IMG/VR virus record: IMGVR_UViG_3300014204_000153
Span: 21,248 to 85,247 of that record
From: a virus
Lineage: Duplodnaviria; Caudoviricetes
Strand: one strand, 5' to 3'
DNA: 64,000 nt
In this document: piece after piece, positions 19,455 to 29,727 of the stretch
Position numbering within the stretch: the first letter of the stretch is position 1
How the letters are laid out: the number at the start of each line of letters is the position of its first letter
Notes under the pieces: model-generated
The model's input: only the letters and a program-made list of their open reading frames with translations
Told to the model about the DNA's origin: nothing
The model's database searches: none
Program-made: the position numbers and the translations under genes

Positions 19455-19633
19455 TGACGCGTGGTGTAGACCCGATCTCCATGTTCAGGTCTATCTTCTT
19501 TAATATAGATGCTATGAAGATGCCGCCGTCAGAGGTTTATAATTTAAATGTAAGAGATTGTGAGATATTACAAAATATGTGGATAGTTGAAAGAAAAAGA
19601 GAAATTGAAATTAGAAGAAAGGGAAGAAAGTGA
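19454..19633 (+). CDS. gp51-like hub assembly catalyst (59 aa, not in the ORF track)
   Basis: MTRGVDPISMFRSIFFNIDAMKMPPSEVYNLNVRDCEILQNMWIVERKREIE…; position after gp26; TAATG overlap. Confidence 0.55.
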   Translation: MTRGVDPISMFRSIFFNIDAMKMPPSEVYNLNVRDCEILQNMWIVERKREIEIRRKGRK

Positions 19634-19836
19634 AGAATGATAATAAATTTACTATATTTCTCTGTATGGCTAGAGAAAGATGGTCTGGCTGTAGAATGAA
19701 AAAGAATTTATGCTGTGCTAAATGTGAATCAAGAGAAGACTGTATGATAGATTATTCAATTAATTTTGGTAATAAAAAACGACCATGTGATCCAGATGAT
19801 ATTGAAGATTGTGATTTTCTGGAGACTATAACTTGA
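19630..19836 (+). CDS. Small Cys-rich protein
   Basis: CCAKC…C…C…C pattern. Confidence 0.55.
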   Translation: MKNDNKFTIFLCMARERWSGCRMKKNLCCAKCESREDCMIDYSINFGNKKRPCDPDDIEDCDFLETIT

Positions 19837-20171
19837 ACATTCAAAGACCATTCGGTACAGACTGGCCAAAACAGCCTACGTTAAACGAGGCTACAAGAGC
19901 AGCTAGAAAGCATAGGACAGACGCTCATCCTTCAAGAGAACCTAGAGAATGGGGAAAAGATGTCAGCAGACGATCTATTACAATTAGATCAGATCTGTCT
20001 TTTGCTACATGGTACAGAATGGTTACTTCTTCAGGTGAAAGAACTTTTACTGGGTTTGCTCCTGGTAAACTTTATCACTATGGTTATAGACCAAAATATG
20101 CTGAGTCACTTCCTTTCTTTGATGTAAAACCACTGCAATATAATGTTAGTTTAACCTCCTTTTATAAATAA
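19833..20171 (+). pseudogene. N-terminal fragment of an interrupted DNA end protector (gp2-like) gene
   Basis: GFAPGKLYHYGYRPKYAESLPFFDVKPL matches the intact copy at 20774, then diverges. Confidence 0.7.
20163..20170 (+). promoter_or_regulatory. Late promoter TATAAATA in front of the GIY-YIG gene
   Basis: Exact motif followed by an AAGGAG RBS. Confidence 0.7.
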
Positions 20172-20190
20172 AAATAAAAGGAGAAATAAA

Positions 20191-20781
20191 ATGGTTGTCT
20201 ACAAAAGTATCAATCTAATGAATGGAAAAATTTATATTGGTCAAGATATTCATAATAACCCAAACTATCTTGGTTCTGGTAGATATTTTAAAAGAGCATT
20301 AGAGAAATATGGAAAAGAAAATTTTAAAAAAGAAATATTATGCGAATGTTCTTCTTTAAAAGAACTTAATGAAGCTGAGATATTCTGGATAAAAGAATTA
20401 GATGCACAAAACCCAGAAATAGGATATAATATTGCTAATGGTGGACGTAGTGGATTTACCGGATATCATTCTGAAGAAACAAAGAAAAAAATGAGTATAC
20501 TAGCAAAAAATAGAATTAGAAAACCACATTCTGAAGAAACAAAGAAAAAAATTGCAAAAGGTAATACTGGTAAAATTGTTTCTGAAGAAACTAGAAAAAG
20601 AATAAGTGAAAAAAGTAAAGGTAGAAAAGGAATGTGGACAATTTCTGAAGAACATAAAAGAAGAATAAGTGAAGTACATACAGGAAAAAAATTATCTGAT
20701 GAAACAAAAGAAAAAATAAGAATTAGTTTATTTAATTATAGAAATAAAAAACTTAATACCAACGGTAAAATAAATGAATAA
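20191..20781 (+). mobile_element. GIY-YIG homing endonuclease with NUMOD3-like repeats
   Basis: VVYKSINLMNGKIYIGQ, YLGSG, HSEETKKK repeats. Confidence 0.92.
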
Positions 20782-21367
20782 AAAAATAGATAGTAAATAT
20801 TTTAAAGGATCTGTTAACTATGTTCAAAATGATCCATTTGGAAAAATAAAAGAAATTAAGGATAAACATAATTTTCGTCATGATCCAATACAATGGCTTA
20901 GAGATATTCAAACTAGAGATGAATATAGATTTTCTGGATTTAAACCTGGAAAAATTTATCATTTTCAATATCAACCAAAATATAAAGATATTTTAAGTTT
21001 TTATGATAGAAAACCATTAATAATTTTTTTAAAATTTAAAGATCCAGAACATTTTTATGGATACAATTTGCATTTTTGTTCGATGAAACTTAGAGAAAAA
21101 ATATTTTCTGAGTTTGAACAACATAATAAAAATAGAAATATAACTTCAGAAACAGCATGGACATCATTACCAACTATTCAAAAATTTTATCCATTTATTT
21201 TAAGAATGTATATTATTAATAGAATTCAAGAAAAAATTTATAATATTCCACAAACAGTATATGATATGGAAAATGTAAAACTTTTTCCAAGTGAATATTT
21301 CTTTAAAAAATCATCTAATGAAATATTTAAATTATCAATGCAACATTATCTTAATAGTAGATTATAA
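20774..21367 (+). CDS. gp2: Intact DNA end protector protein (gp2-like)
   Basis: PGKIYHFQYQPKYK..LSFYDRKPL…GYNLHF…LR pattern. Confidence 0.75.
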   Translation: MNKKIDSKYFKGSVNYVQNDPFGKIKEIKDKHNFRHDPIQWLRDIQTRDEYRFSGFKPGKIYHFQYQPKYKDILSFYDRKPLIIFLKFKDPEHFYGYNLHFCSMKLREKIFSEFEQHNKNRNITSETAWTSLPTIQKFYPFILRMYIINRIQEKIYNIPQTVYDMENVKLFPSEYFFKKSSNEIFKLSMQHYLNSRL

Positions 21368-21647
21368 TGTCATGAGAGAAGAATTATTCGCTGAATTTGA
21401 TGATAGACAAGGCGATGCAGCTACAGTAAAATTACAAACTTGGGAAAAGCTTGGAGTATTATCTAGATACTATCCATTTATGGTACGAAAATATCTGTTC
21501 AAAAATATACTTGGAAAAGTTTACGTTATACCACCTGGAATTATAAGTGCTGAAAATGTTAGAAGATTTGAAACAGAAAAGTTTTATAAATTAACTTCAG
21601 ATCAAATATTCGCCCTAGCTGAGGCGCATGCAAGGAGAAAGAGTTGA
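21363..21647 (+). pseudogene. C-terminal fragment of the interrupted gp2-like gene
   Basis: MREELFAEF…YYPFMVRKY…ENVRRFETEKFYK aligns with the C-half of 20774-21367. Confidence 0.65.
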
Positions 21648-24600
21648 GAAAGTCTAGCAGAAAGCCTGGCGGTCCTTACAGGACGAGAAAACCAACAAGA
21701 GCAGAAAAAACTATGTCTGCCGCTTCTGGTGCTTCCGCTAGAGAATTCTCCGAAATGGACTTTGCTACACCAAATGTGAAGAAACATTCTTTAAGAGATC
21801 CTTTCAGTGGAAGATATACAACTGCTGCTACTCTATCAGAAACTATGAGAGATGCAAGATCTTATGCTGCAGCTTCTATGGTAAAGATTAGAGAAACGAT
21901 GAGCAAGCTTCAACTTTCTATATTAAAAGCAACATCTGAGACTAATCGTGCAGCTAAAGATGCTGCTGAAAAAGCTTTAAAGAAGTTTGAAAAAGCAGAT
22001 GAAAATTTTACAGAAGTATCTAAAGCACTTTATTCTGGAGCAGAAAAAGCTGGATCAAATGTAATAAAGAGTGTTCAACTTCTTAGATCTGAAATAGAAT
22101 CTCTTTCAAATAATGTAGCAGAATTATCAAAAAATGGAATATCTTTAGACGAATCAGATGTAAGTAATATGATATTAGCTGTAAAAGAAAAAACCCCTGG
22201 TTCTAAAGTTGATGTAGCAGATATATTAGTTCCAGTACAAGATAGACAAGAATCAAACAGAGATAAATTAACTGACGTAATGGATTATGTTACTACTGTT
22301 CTTGAAAATGATATAGCTAATCATTTAAAGAAAAGAATAGAATCTGGATTTATTAAAGATGTAGCTTTAAGAAAGACTTTAAGAGAACAAGTTCTCGGTG
22401 AAACTGAAAAACAAGATCGCCGGGGAAGAATGCATATATCGAAATTTGTTGAAGCTGGAGAAGATGCTTATCTTCCATCTGTATCACAAGCTGTATCTGA
22501 AATGAAGAAAGAAATAGCTAATGTTTTAAGTGGTGGAGATACGGCTAAAGCTGCTGAAAGGTTTACAGATTTAACTGAAGATGCTTTTAAAAGATTAGAT
22601 AAGATCTTTTCAGAAGAATCAGGATATCTTGCTAAAAATCCTGGTGTAGAAAAAAGAGATATTGGTATAGCATCAATAGCATCAAGTGTAAGAGATTTAA
22701 AAGAGCAGTTTTATGTAAATCAAGATGAATCAACAACCGGAACATCTTCAAGTATATCTGAAGAAATAGCAGAAGCAGTTCTTGGAAAAAATAGAAAACT
22801 TAGAATAACTCCAGAAGCTGAAGAAGCTTTAGCAAATGCATACAGTGGTAGAATGAGTAAAGTTTCAGATTATATAATGTCTGCTGCTAATCTAAGTAAG
22901 AAAGAATTTGAAGCAGTTGATAATGCTAAGAAATTAACATCAGAAGCTCCAAGTGGAGATTATGCTCAAGTTTTGTCCGAAATATTCTCAGAGATGGTTC
23001 AAGCAAGAGTAGATAATCCAGATGCAGCTTCAGCTTATGAAGAAGTACATAAATTATCTGAAAGTTTATATGCTGTTTATGATTTAATGAAAGATTCAAA
23101 TGATGCTACAGATGAAGAACTTGAATTTTTTAAAGATAAACTTGGACCTTCTATAGATAATTTACTTGATGAAACAGAAAAAGCTAAGAAATCAGAAGAT
23201 AGTTCAAGAAGAAGATCAAAAGTTATTGAAACTATAGCTTCAGCTAGTGGAATTCCTATACTTGAGGATATAGTTGAGTTCTTCTCATCTAGAAAAGATA
23301 AACAAAGTAAAGAAAGAGCTGAACAATTAGAACAAAAGAAATCTGCTGCTGAAAAGATAATGGAAGCATACCAGACTAAAGTTATTTCTAAAAAAGATAA
23401 AAATAAGTCAGATTATTTTTCTAAGTATGAAGAATCTATGCCAGAAAAAGCTGATGCTGGTGAAATTCTTCAATCAGATGAAGAGTCTAAAAAAGAACAA
23501 AAAAGAACTAATTCAATTTTAGAAGATATACGTGAAATCTTTAAGAGAAATGAATCTGCTCCTGATAATGAAGAAAATAAAAAGAGCGGAATAATTGATT
23601 CAACTCTTGGATATATGGCTGGAGCTAAAGGTCTTAGTATGGTTAGTAAAGTTGGAGCTGTTATTGCTATGTCTTTAATTCCAATCATTGCTGGTGCATT
23701 AGCATATTCTATTACAAAAAAGGTAATTGGAAATAAAGAAGAAAATGAAAGAGAAAAGAAAGAAAAGTTCTTAGCTTTGAAAGAACAATCTCCTGAGTTA
23801 TTTGCTGAAGCTGAGAAAAGATATCAATCTGATTTAGCAACTGCTGAAGCTGATGCAAAGAAATTCTCACCAGTCTCAAGAGAAGCAGGAGAAGCAAATA
23901 AGAAAGTAGCTGCTCTTAGAAGAGATAGAGAATCACAAATAGTTTCAAGAGCTGAGAAAATAGCTGGAGAAATGGGAATTGAAGCTCCAACTGCTTCAGA
24001 TGTAATAATCAGAAGAGATTCAGATACTAGTCCAAATATGGGTCTTAAGATAGGTGATCCTAAAAGAAAGCCTGAGATAATAGTTAAAGATGGTGTAAAC
24101 TTTGAAGGTCTTCATCCAAATATAAAGCAAGGATTATTTGAAGCTGCTAAAGAGATGGCTCAAAATGGTAAAGTTTTAAGAATTACATCAGGACTAAGAT
24201 CTCGTGCTGAGCAAACTGAATTATTTGAAGCTTATAAAAGTGGAAAAAGTAAATATCCAGCTGCATCTCCTGGGAGTTCTCCTCATGAGTCAGGACTTGC
24301 TTTTGATATAGATAAAGGAAATATACCAGCTTTTACTCAGACCGCTGCTTTTAAAAATTACTTCGATCAGCCTTTACCAGGTAATGATCCAATTCATTTT
24401 GTTTTTAAGGGAGCTAAATTAAATACTGAAACTGAAGCAGTTGCTCAGACTCCAGAGAAACCAGAAGTTCCTATTTCTTCAGTATATAATAAGACTGAAG
24501 TTGCTGCTCAGACTCCAGAGAACCAAAATACTTCAATTCCACCAGTATATAAACCAGAAACAAGTGAAGCAAAAATAGACACCCCACCAGTTGTAACAGA

Positions 24601-24856
24601 TGGAATATCTTTTGAAGATAGAATGAGTCAGATAGAATCTGAGAATGTAAGTTTATCAGCAATAAAAGAAAGCGAATCTGCTAAAGAAGCAGCTTCAGCT
24701 GCGGCAACAATAATTCCAGTACCAGTTCCATCAGGTCAATCTCAGTCTTCTCATAGCAGACAATCTGGACAATCCAGCCAACAAGTATCATCTGGACTTG
24801 AGAATGATTTGACAGTTCAACATATAGTGTTGTTCACTCTAGATAGGGTAATATAA
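21644..24856 (+). CDS. Tape-measure/baseplate hub protein (gp29-like) with an M15 (D-Ala-D-Ala carboxypeptidase-like) domain
   Basis: Long helical protein before gp48; LRITSGLRS…Q…AASPGSSPHESGLAFDID…DPIHF. Confidence 0.75.
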   Translation: MRKSSRKPGGPYRTRKPTRAEKTMSAASGASAREFSEMDFATPNVKKHSLRDPFSGRYTTAATLSETMRDARSYAAASMVKIRETMSKLQLSILKATSETNRAAKDAAEKALKKFEKADENFTEVSKALYSGAEKAGSNVIKSVQLLRSEIESLSNNVAELSKNGISLDESDVSNMILAVKEKTPGSKVDVADILVPVQDRQESNRDKLTDVMDYVTTVLENDIANHLKKRIESGFIKDVALRKTLREQVLGETEKQDRRGRMHISKFVEAGEDAYLPSVSQAVSEMKKEIANVLSGGDTAKAAERFTDLTEDAFKRLDKIFSEESGYLAKNPGVEKRDIGIASIASSVRDLKEQFYVNQDESTTGTSSSISEEIAEAVLGKNRKLRITPEAEEALANAYSGRMSKVSDYIMSAANLSKKEFEAVDNAKKLTSEAPSGDYAQVLSEIFSEMVQARVDNPDAASAYEEVHKLSESLYAVYDLMKDSNDATDEELEFFKDKLGPSIDNLLDETEKAKKSEDSSRRRSKVIETIASASGIPILEDIVEFFSSRKDKQSKERAEQLEQKKSAAEKIMEAYQTKVISKKDKNKSDYFSKYEESMPEKADAGEILQSDEESKKEQKRTNSILEDIREIFKRNESAPDNEENKKSGIIDSTLGYMAGAKGLSMVSKVGAVIAMSLIPIIAGALAYSITKKVIGNKEENEREKKEKFLALKEQSPELFAEAEKRYQSDLATAEADAKKFSPVSREAGEANKKVAALRRDRESQIVSRAEKIAGEMGIEAPTASDVIIRRDSDTSPNMGLKIGDPKRKPEIIVKDGVNFEGLHPNIKQGLFEAAKEMAQNGKVLRITSGLRSRAEQTELFEAYKSGKSKYPAASPGSSPHESGLAFDIDKGNIPAFTQTAAFKNYFDQPLPGNDPIHFVFKGAKLNTETEAVAQTPEKPEVPISSVYNKTEVAAQTPENQNTSIPPVYKPETSEAKIDTPPVVTDGISFEDRMSQIESENVSLSAIKESESAKEAASAAATIIPVPVPSGQSQSSHSRQSGQSSQQVSSGLENDLTVQHIVLFTLDRVI

Positions 24857-24860
24857 ACAA

Positions 24861-25658
24861 ATGAAGAAACCTGGAGATAAAATATTAAAATACCCTTCTG
24901 ATCTGACTAAATTTTATGGTGGAGAAAAGAATATAGTCAGTTTTACAACATGTGACTACAGTCAAGCTAGAATGGGCAATAAAGATGGACAAGAATTCGT
25001 TGTAGTTAAACCTGATATGAAATCAGCAGTGTATGTAGAATTATCAGAATCTTTCTCAATCGGAGATACTCATGGTTGGGATGCTGGTACTGTATTAGAT
25101 GCTAATATTATTGATTCTTTAAAAGGTGCTGGTGGTGGATTAGGACAAGCTGGATCAAGAATGGGATGGGGAGCTACGATGGGTATCGCTAATTTTGGTT
25201 TAAATAAAATTGGCGGACAATATCTCGGTAATGATGCTTTACAGAATCAGGTTAGAGTATCACGAGGAAGTACTGAAATAAACCCCAACACTACTATGAT
25301 CTATTCTAGCAGTGGAATACGAACTTTAGATTTTATGTTTGTGATGAGACCTGAGAATGAACCAGAAGCAATAGAAATAAGCAGTATTGTTGATTACTTC
25401 AAATATTATTCTAGAGGAAGTGTTCCTAAGGGAGTTGGCGGTATAAGGTTCCCGTATCTTTGGTATATACGCACTTCATCTAAAGCTATAAATTCAATCT
25501 TAGAATCTGGTGATGGAGAAGAATCTGTATTCTTCGCATGTACCAGTATTGTACCAACTCTACACACTGATGTACTTTATCATAATGAATATCCACATAG
25601 AACTGACCTGTCTCTGTCATTCTCCGAAATGAGAGTTCGTTATAGAACAGATGAATAG
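24861..25658 (+). CDS. gp48: Baseplate tail-tube cap gp48-like
   Basis: LKYPSD, INPN…RTLDF.F.M.P.N..EA..I..IV.YFKY…P, DLSLSFSE. Confidence 0.8.
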   Translation: MKKPGDKILKYPSDLTKFYGGEKNIVSFTTCDYSQARMGNKDGQEFVVVKPDMKSAVYVELSESFSIGDTHGWDAGTVLDANIIDSLKGAGGGLGQAGSRMGWGATMGIANFGLNKIGGQYLGNDALQNQVRVSRGSTEINPNTTMIYSSSGIRTLDFMFVMRPENEPEAIEISSIVDYFKYYSRGSVPKGVGGIRFPYLWYIRTSSKAINSILESGDGEESVFFACTSIVPTLHTDVLYHNEYPHRTDLSLSFSEMRVRYRTDE

Positions 25659-25697
25659 ACCTAATAAATAGTAAAAACAAACTCGGAGAAATTAGAC

Positions 25698-27602
25698 ATG
25701 GCTATAAATTTTCCTAATTGGTTTAATACATTTAAAAGAAAAAGTCCAGCTATAGGACCTGAGAACGTTTACAATCCAGTTGTGACTACAAGAGATTATT
25801 CTGATGTAGGTGTTGATAGTTCATTCCAAAAAGGTGATATGCTAGCCGCTACTGGACTATCATATCCCACCGTAGTTGGTTCGAATTCTGTTACAAGCAT
25901 GGGTGGATTTTTTGGAGGTTACTTCTCCTTTAGTGGATGGCAAGGTTCATTTCCACTTCATGTTATGCACAGCTTGGTAAGACTTTATTTATGGATGGGT
26001 CAAGATCCAGATATAAGATATGCTATAGATGAAATAGTTAATGAAGCAGTTTCGACAGCATATAATAATGATATAGTTAAGATAGATTTAGATAGTGTAG
26101 AAATGCCAAAGTCAATTAAAGAAAGAATATCAGACGAATTTGGTGGTATTCTTGATATGATGGAATTCAAGAGGAAATCCTACTATCACTTCAGTGATTT
26201 CTATACAAACGGCAGAATATTTTATAAATTAGATGTTAGTAAGAAAAATGCTAAAGCTGGAATTAAAGGGATAAAAAACTTATCACCATTTGATGTTATA
26301 GCATATTTCGATGGTCAGAATAATGTATTCAGAGATCCAGAATCTGTAAAGATAGATTTTAAAAGAGGATATGTTCTTACAGAAAATGCCTTTAGAAATG
26401 CTTATTATCTTGGTATGACTAATCCAGCTGTAGCAGCTGGTACTCCAAGGATGAGTAATTATTATGTTGCCGTTCCTGAAGAATTGGTAGTTTATCAGCA
26501 CACTGGATTATCTGACTGGCGTTCAAATGTTCCAATATCATATCTTCATCTTGTACTAAGGACTCTTAATCAACTTAGAAACCTTAGAGATGCTATGATA
26601 ATTTATAGAATGACTAGAGCTCCTGAAAGATTTGTGTTTAATGTTGAAGTTGGAAAAATGCAAGCGGCTAGAGCTCAGCAATATGTAGCAGAAGTAGCAT
26701 CGAAACTTAAGCAGACTATAAGTTATGTTCCAGAAACCGGTCAGTTTAAAGACATGGAAGAAAAGCTTCAGATATACAAAGATTGGTATTTCCCTAAGGT
26801 AGACGGCAAAGGTACAGATGTAGACGTTCTTCAGAGCGGTAACATGCAGGGTCAGTTAGAGGAAGTCCAAGCTATTCGGAAGGACCTGTTCATGCAACTG
26901 TTCATCCCTCCGAACAGATATATTGATGATCATTCAATGATGAACTTCGGTTCCATGGGAGACATGGAGAAGTCAGAAGTAAAATTCTTCAAGTTCATAT
27001 CTAGACTTCAACTACAGTATAGTTCGGTATTTTATGATATGTTAAGAATGCAACTTAGTATGAAAAATATTATGACTGCTAAAGAATTTGATAAGATAAA
27101 AGGTTCTATAAAGTTCTCTTGGGGTTCAGAGAACGTATACAGCGAGGCTAGAAACTTTGCTGTTATGCAAAGGAAAGCAAGTGTTCTTGGTCAGTTTGAA
27201 AATTACATTGGATCATATGGCATATCTGAAGATTGGATTACGAAGAATGTTATGGGATTCACTGATGAGGAAATAAAAGATAATGAAAGTACAGTTTTAG
27301 ATTCAATGAAGAAAAAGAACTACCGCGACAGAATTAAGAATGGCCAGATATTGTTCGATGAGAATGGTAAAGAAATAAAAGATCCGTATGGAACAGGTGG
27401 TGGTGGAATGGATGCTAGTGGTGGTGGAGAAGCGCCCGCAGATGGTGAAGAAGTTCCACCTGAAGAAGGTGGTGGAGAACAACCAGAAGGTGAAGCTGGA
27501 AATGCAGAAACGTCTGGAGAAGATAAAGAGAAGACTGAAAGCGTATTAATAGTTAAATCTAGATTTAAGGATCTTCTGTTAGAGAGGTTAAAAGATAAAT
27601 GA
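25698..27602 (+). CDS. gp20: Portal protein
   Basis: AIDEIVNEA, ISYLH, DAMIIYRMTRAPERFVFNVEVGKM, acidic Gly-rich tail. Confidence 0.95.
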   Translation: MAINFPNWFNTFKRKSPAIGPENVYNPVVTTRDYSDVGVDSSFQKGDMLAATGLSYPTVVGSNSVTSMGGFFGGYFSFSGWQGSFPLHVMHSLVRLYLWMGQDPDIRYAIDEIVNEAVSTAYNNDIVKIDLDSVEMPKSIKERISDEFGGILDMMEFKRKSYYHFSDFYTNGRIFYKLDVSKKNAKAGIKGIKNLSPFDVIAYFDGQNNVFRDPESVKIDFKRGYVLTENAFRNAYYLGMTNPAVAAGTPRMSNYYVAVPEELVVYQHTGLSDWRSNVPISYLHLVLRTLNQLRNLRDAMIIYRMTRAPERFVFNVEVGKMQAARAQQYVAEVASKLKQTISYVPETGQFKDMEEKLQIYKDWYFPKVDGKGTDVDVLQSGNMQGQLEEVQAIRKDLFMQLFIPPNRYIDDHSMMNFGSMGDMEKSEVKFFKFISRLQLQYSSVFYDMLRMQLSMKNIMTAKEFDKIKGSIKFSWGSENVYSEARNFAVMQRKASVLGQFENYIGSYGISEDWITKNVMGFTDEEIKDNESTVLDSMKKKNYRDRIKNGQILFDENGKEIKDPYGTGGGGMDASGGGEAPADGEEVPPEEGGGEQPEGEAGNAETSGEDKEKTESVLIVKSRFKDLLLERLKDK

Positions 27603-28495
27603 AATTTTATCAAATAACAGAATCTATTATATCAGATAAGAAAAATCTTTATGATAAATCTCCATCTGATATAGCTAAATTCTTTGTAGAATCTAGTGGA
27701 AGAAAGTTAGATGTAGCTAAGTCTAGATTAACTTTCTGGAGAAATAGACTTAGAACAAGAGATAAAAATCCAGAAATAGAAAAGAAGTACAGAGATGCTT
27801 TAAATATTATAAATCGAATGGCTGGAAGAAGTTTAAGAAGTAAAGGACATACTGATAATGATTTAATAAGAAAAACAACAGATGATAGAAAATATCTTAT
27901 GGCTATTTCAGAGCTTAAAAAAGAAGCAAAGAGATCTGGAAAATATGTATCAGATAAAGAAGCAGGAAATATAATATCAGCAGTGTGTGAATTTACAAGA
28001 ACTGACTATGCTGATATAAGAAAATATCAAATAGCTGATAATCCAGAAAATTATAACGATACTTTTAAAAAATACTCAGAACAAATTGAAAAATATATTT
28101 CTTTAATGCCAAAGTATAAAGATGGAACTGTTTATAGAGGTATACAAGTAGGAAGTTTTGGTGAACCAAAAGATATAAAAAAATTTGCATTTTTGAAACC
28201 AGGTGATGAAATAGATATGCGTGGAACATCATCTTGGAGTAGTAAAGAAGATGAATCACATGTTAAGAGAAGAAATATTAAGTTTGTTTTAGAAAAGCCT
28301 TTAACTGGAGTATCTGTTAATTTAGTTTCTGAGTTTCCAGCTGAAGATGAAGTTACTTTTTCTAAAGATTCTAGATTTTATGTAAAAAAAGTTAAGCTCA
28401 AAAAAGATCCGGAGCTGTCTGGAGATTATGATGAAAATTCAGATAATTATTATTCTTTTATGCATGTTTACATATATGTAGAGGAAAAGGAATAA
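27599..28495 (+). CDS. Putative internal head protein with an R-S-E ADP-ribosyltransferase domain
   Basis: MKFYQITES leader; YRG, TSSWSS, EDE. Confidence 0.75.
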   Translation: MKFYQITESIISDKKNLYDKSPSDIAKFFVESSGRKLDVAKSRLTFWRNRLRTRDKNPEIEKKYRDALNIINRMAGRSLRSKGHTDNDLIRKTTDDRKYLMAISELKKEAKRSGKYVSDKEAGNIISAVCEFTRTDYADIRKYQIADNPENYNDTFKKYSEQIEKYISLMPKYKDGTVYRGIQVGSFGEPKDIKKFAFLKPGDEIDMRGTSSWSSKEDESHVKRRNIKFVLEKPLTGVSVNLVSEFPAEDEVTFSKDSRFYVKKVKLKKDPELSGDYDENSDNYYSFMHVYIYVEEKE

Positions 28496-28501
28496 TTTAA
28501 T

Positions 28502-29431
28502 ATGAAATTTTATTTTATATCTGAATCTATAATATCAGACAAGAAAAAGCTATTAGATAAAAATCCAATAGAAATAGCTAATTATTTCATATCTTCAAGT
28601 AATAATAATATCCAAGCTGCTTTAAATAGAGCAGTCTTTTGGAGTAATAGAATAACTTCAGATAGAAAGAATAGTTTTCAAGATAAAGAAAAAGTAAGAA
28701 AAGTAGTAGATATAATAAAATCTATGATAGGAAAAGTAAGTATTACTGGTCATCATAAAGATGTTTTTGATCAAAATAAAGAAATTCATTTTTTTAAAAA
28801 TAATGATCAACATGATGAAAAAGATAGATTAAAACATGCAAGAAAATTAATCATTTCTGATGCAAAGAAAAATGGTTATAAAATAAATGAAGATCATGCA
28901 TATGATATGATAAAGTCTGTGTATGATTTTACTGATTCAGATTATGAAGTTATGAGAAAAATTCAAAGTGATCCAAATTTTAAATATAATGAAGATGAAA
29001 AAGATAAATTAAAATTAAAAAGTAAATATATAGAACAATTTATAAAAATGTCTCAAAAATTTTCTGGAAATACAATATATAGAGGTTTAGAATTTGAATT
29101 ATATAAAAGTTTAAAAGAAACATATGAAAAAAATATGAAAATAGTTAAAGGTTTTTCTGAATTAAAAGAAGGTGAAGAAGTAAATATGTTAGGTACTTCT
29201 TCTTGGACTAGTAATAAAAATGAACGTCATGTAAAAGAAAGTAATATTATTTTTATATGTAATAAACCAAAAAACGGAGTACCAGTTAATCATGTTTCTA
29301 GATATCCAAAAGAAGATGAAGTTATGTATTCAAAAGATGCAAGATTTATAGTTAAAAAAGTTGAAGTTAAAAAGAATAAAGAAGGTGATATAACAAAGAT
29401 AAAAATCGAAGTTGAAGAAAATAACATTTAA
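28502..29431 (+). CDS. Paralogous internal head ADP-ribosyltransferase-like protein
   Basis: MKFYFISES leader; YRG, TSSWTS, EDE. Confidence 0.75.
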   Translation: MKFYFISESIISDKKKLLDKNPIEIANYFISSSNNNIQAALNRAVFWSNRITSDRKNSFQDKEKVRKVVDIIKSMIGKVSITGHHKDVFDQNKEIHFFKNNDQHDEKDRLKHARKLIISDAKKNGYKINEDHAYDMIKSVYDFTDSDYEVMRKIQSDPNFKYNEDEKDKLKLKSKYIEQFIKMSQKFSGNTIYRGLEFELYKSLKETYEKNMKIVKGFSELKEGEEVNMLGTSSWTSNKNERHVKESNIIFICNKPKNGVPVNHVSRYPKEDEVMYSKDARFIVKKVEVKKNKEGDITKIKIEVEENNI

Positions 29432-29445
29432 TATATGAGGGTATT

Positions 29446-29727
29446 ATGAATTACTCTGAAAGAGAAAAGTCAAGAGCTAAATCTGATAGAAATATAAAAG
29501 TTACTTCTCCAGACGGTAAAGTTATCATAGATACTTCATCATTATCGAATAAAAAGACTAAGTTTAGCGATATACTAAATTTAAAATTGAAAATAGAACG
29601 CAATCCTAGTGATGGATCAAAAAAGTATTGGATAACTGGACCAAAAATATTTTTTGAATTTCCAGATGGTACTACTGAAGATGAAGCAAGAGAAAAGTTG
29701 AAAGAAATGAAGAAAGGGAAGAAATGA
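29446..29727 (+). CDS. Hypothetical protein
   Basis: GAGG RBS, 93 aa. Confidence 0.65.
   Translation: MNYSEREKSRAKSDRNIKVTSPDGKVIIDTSSLSNKKTKFSDILNLKLKIERNPSDGSKKYWITGPKIFFEFPDGTTEDEAREKLKEMKKGKK

Noticed and set aside
20147-21362. gp2 insert as a group I intron
   Set aside because: No recognisable P/Q/R/S core or room for one, since the insert is almost fully coding; rejoined exons would lack a conserved motif.
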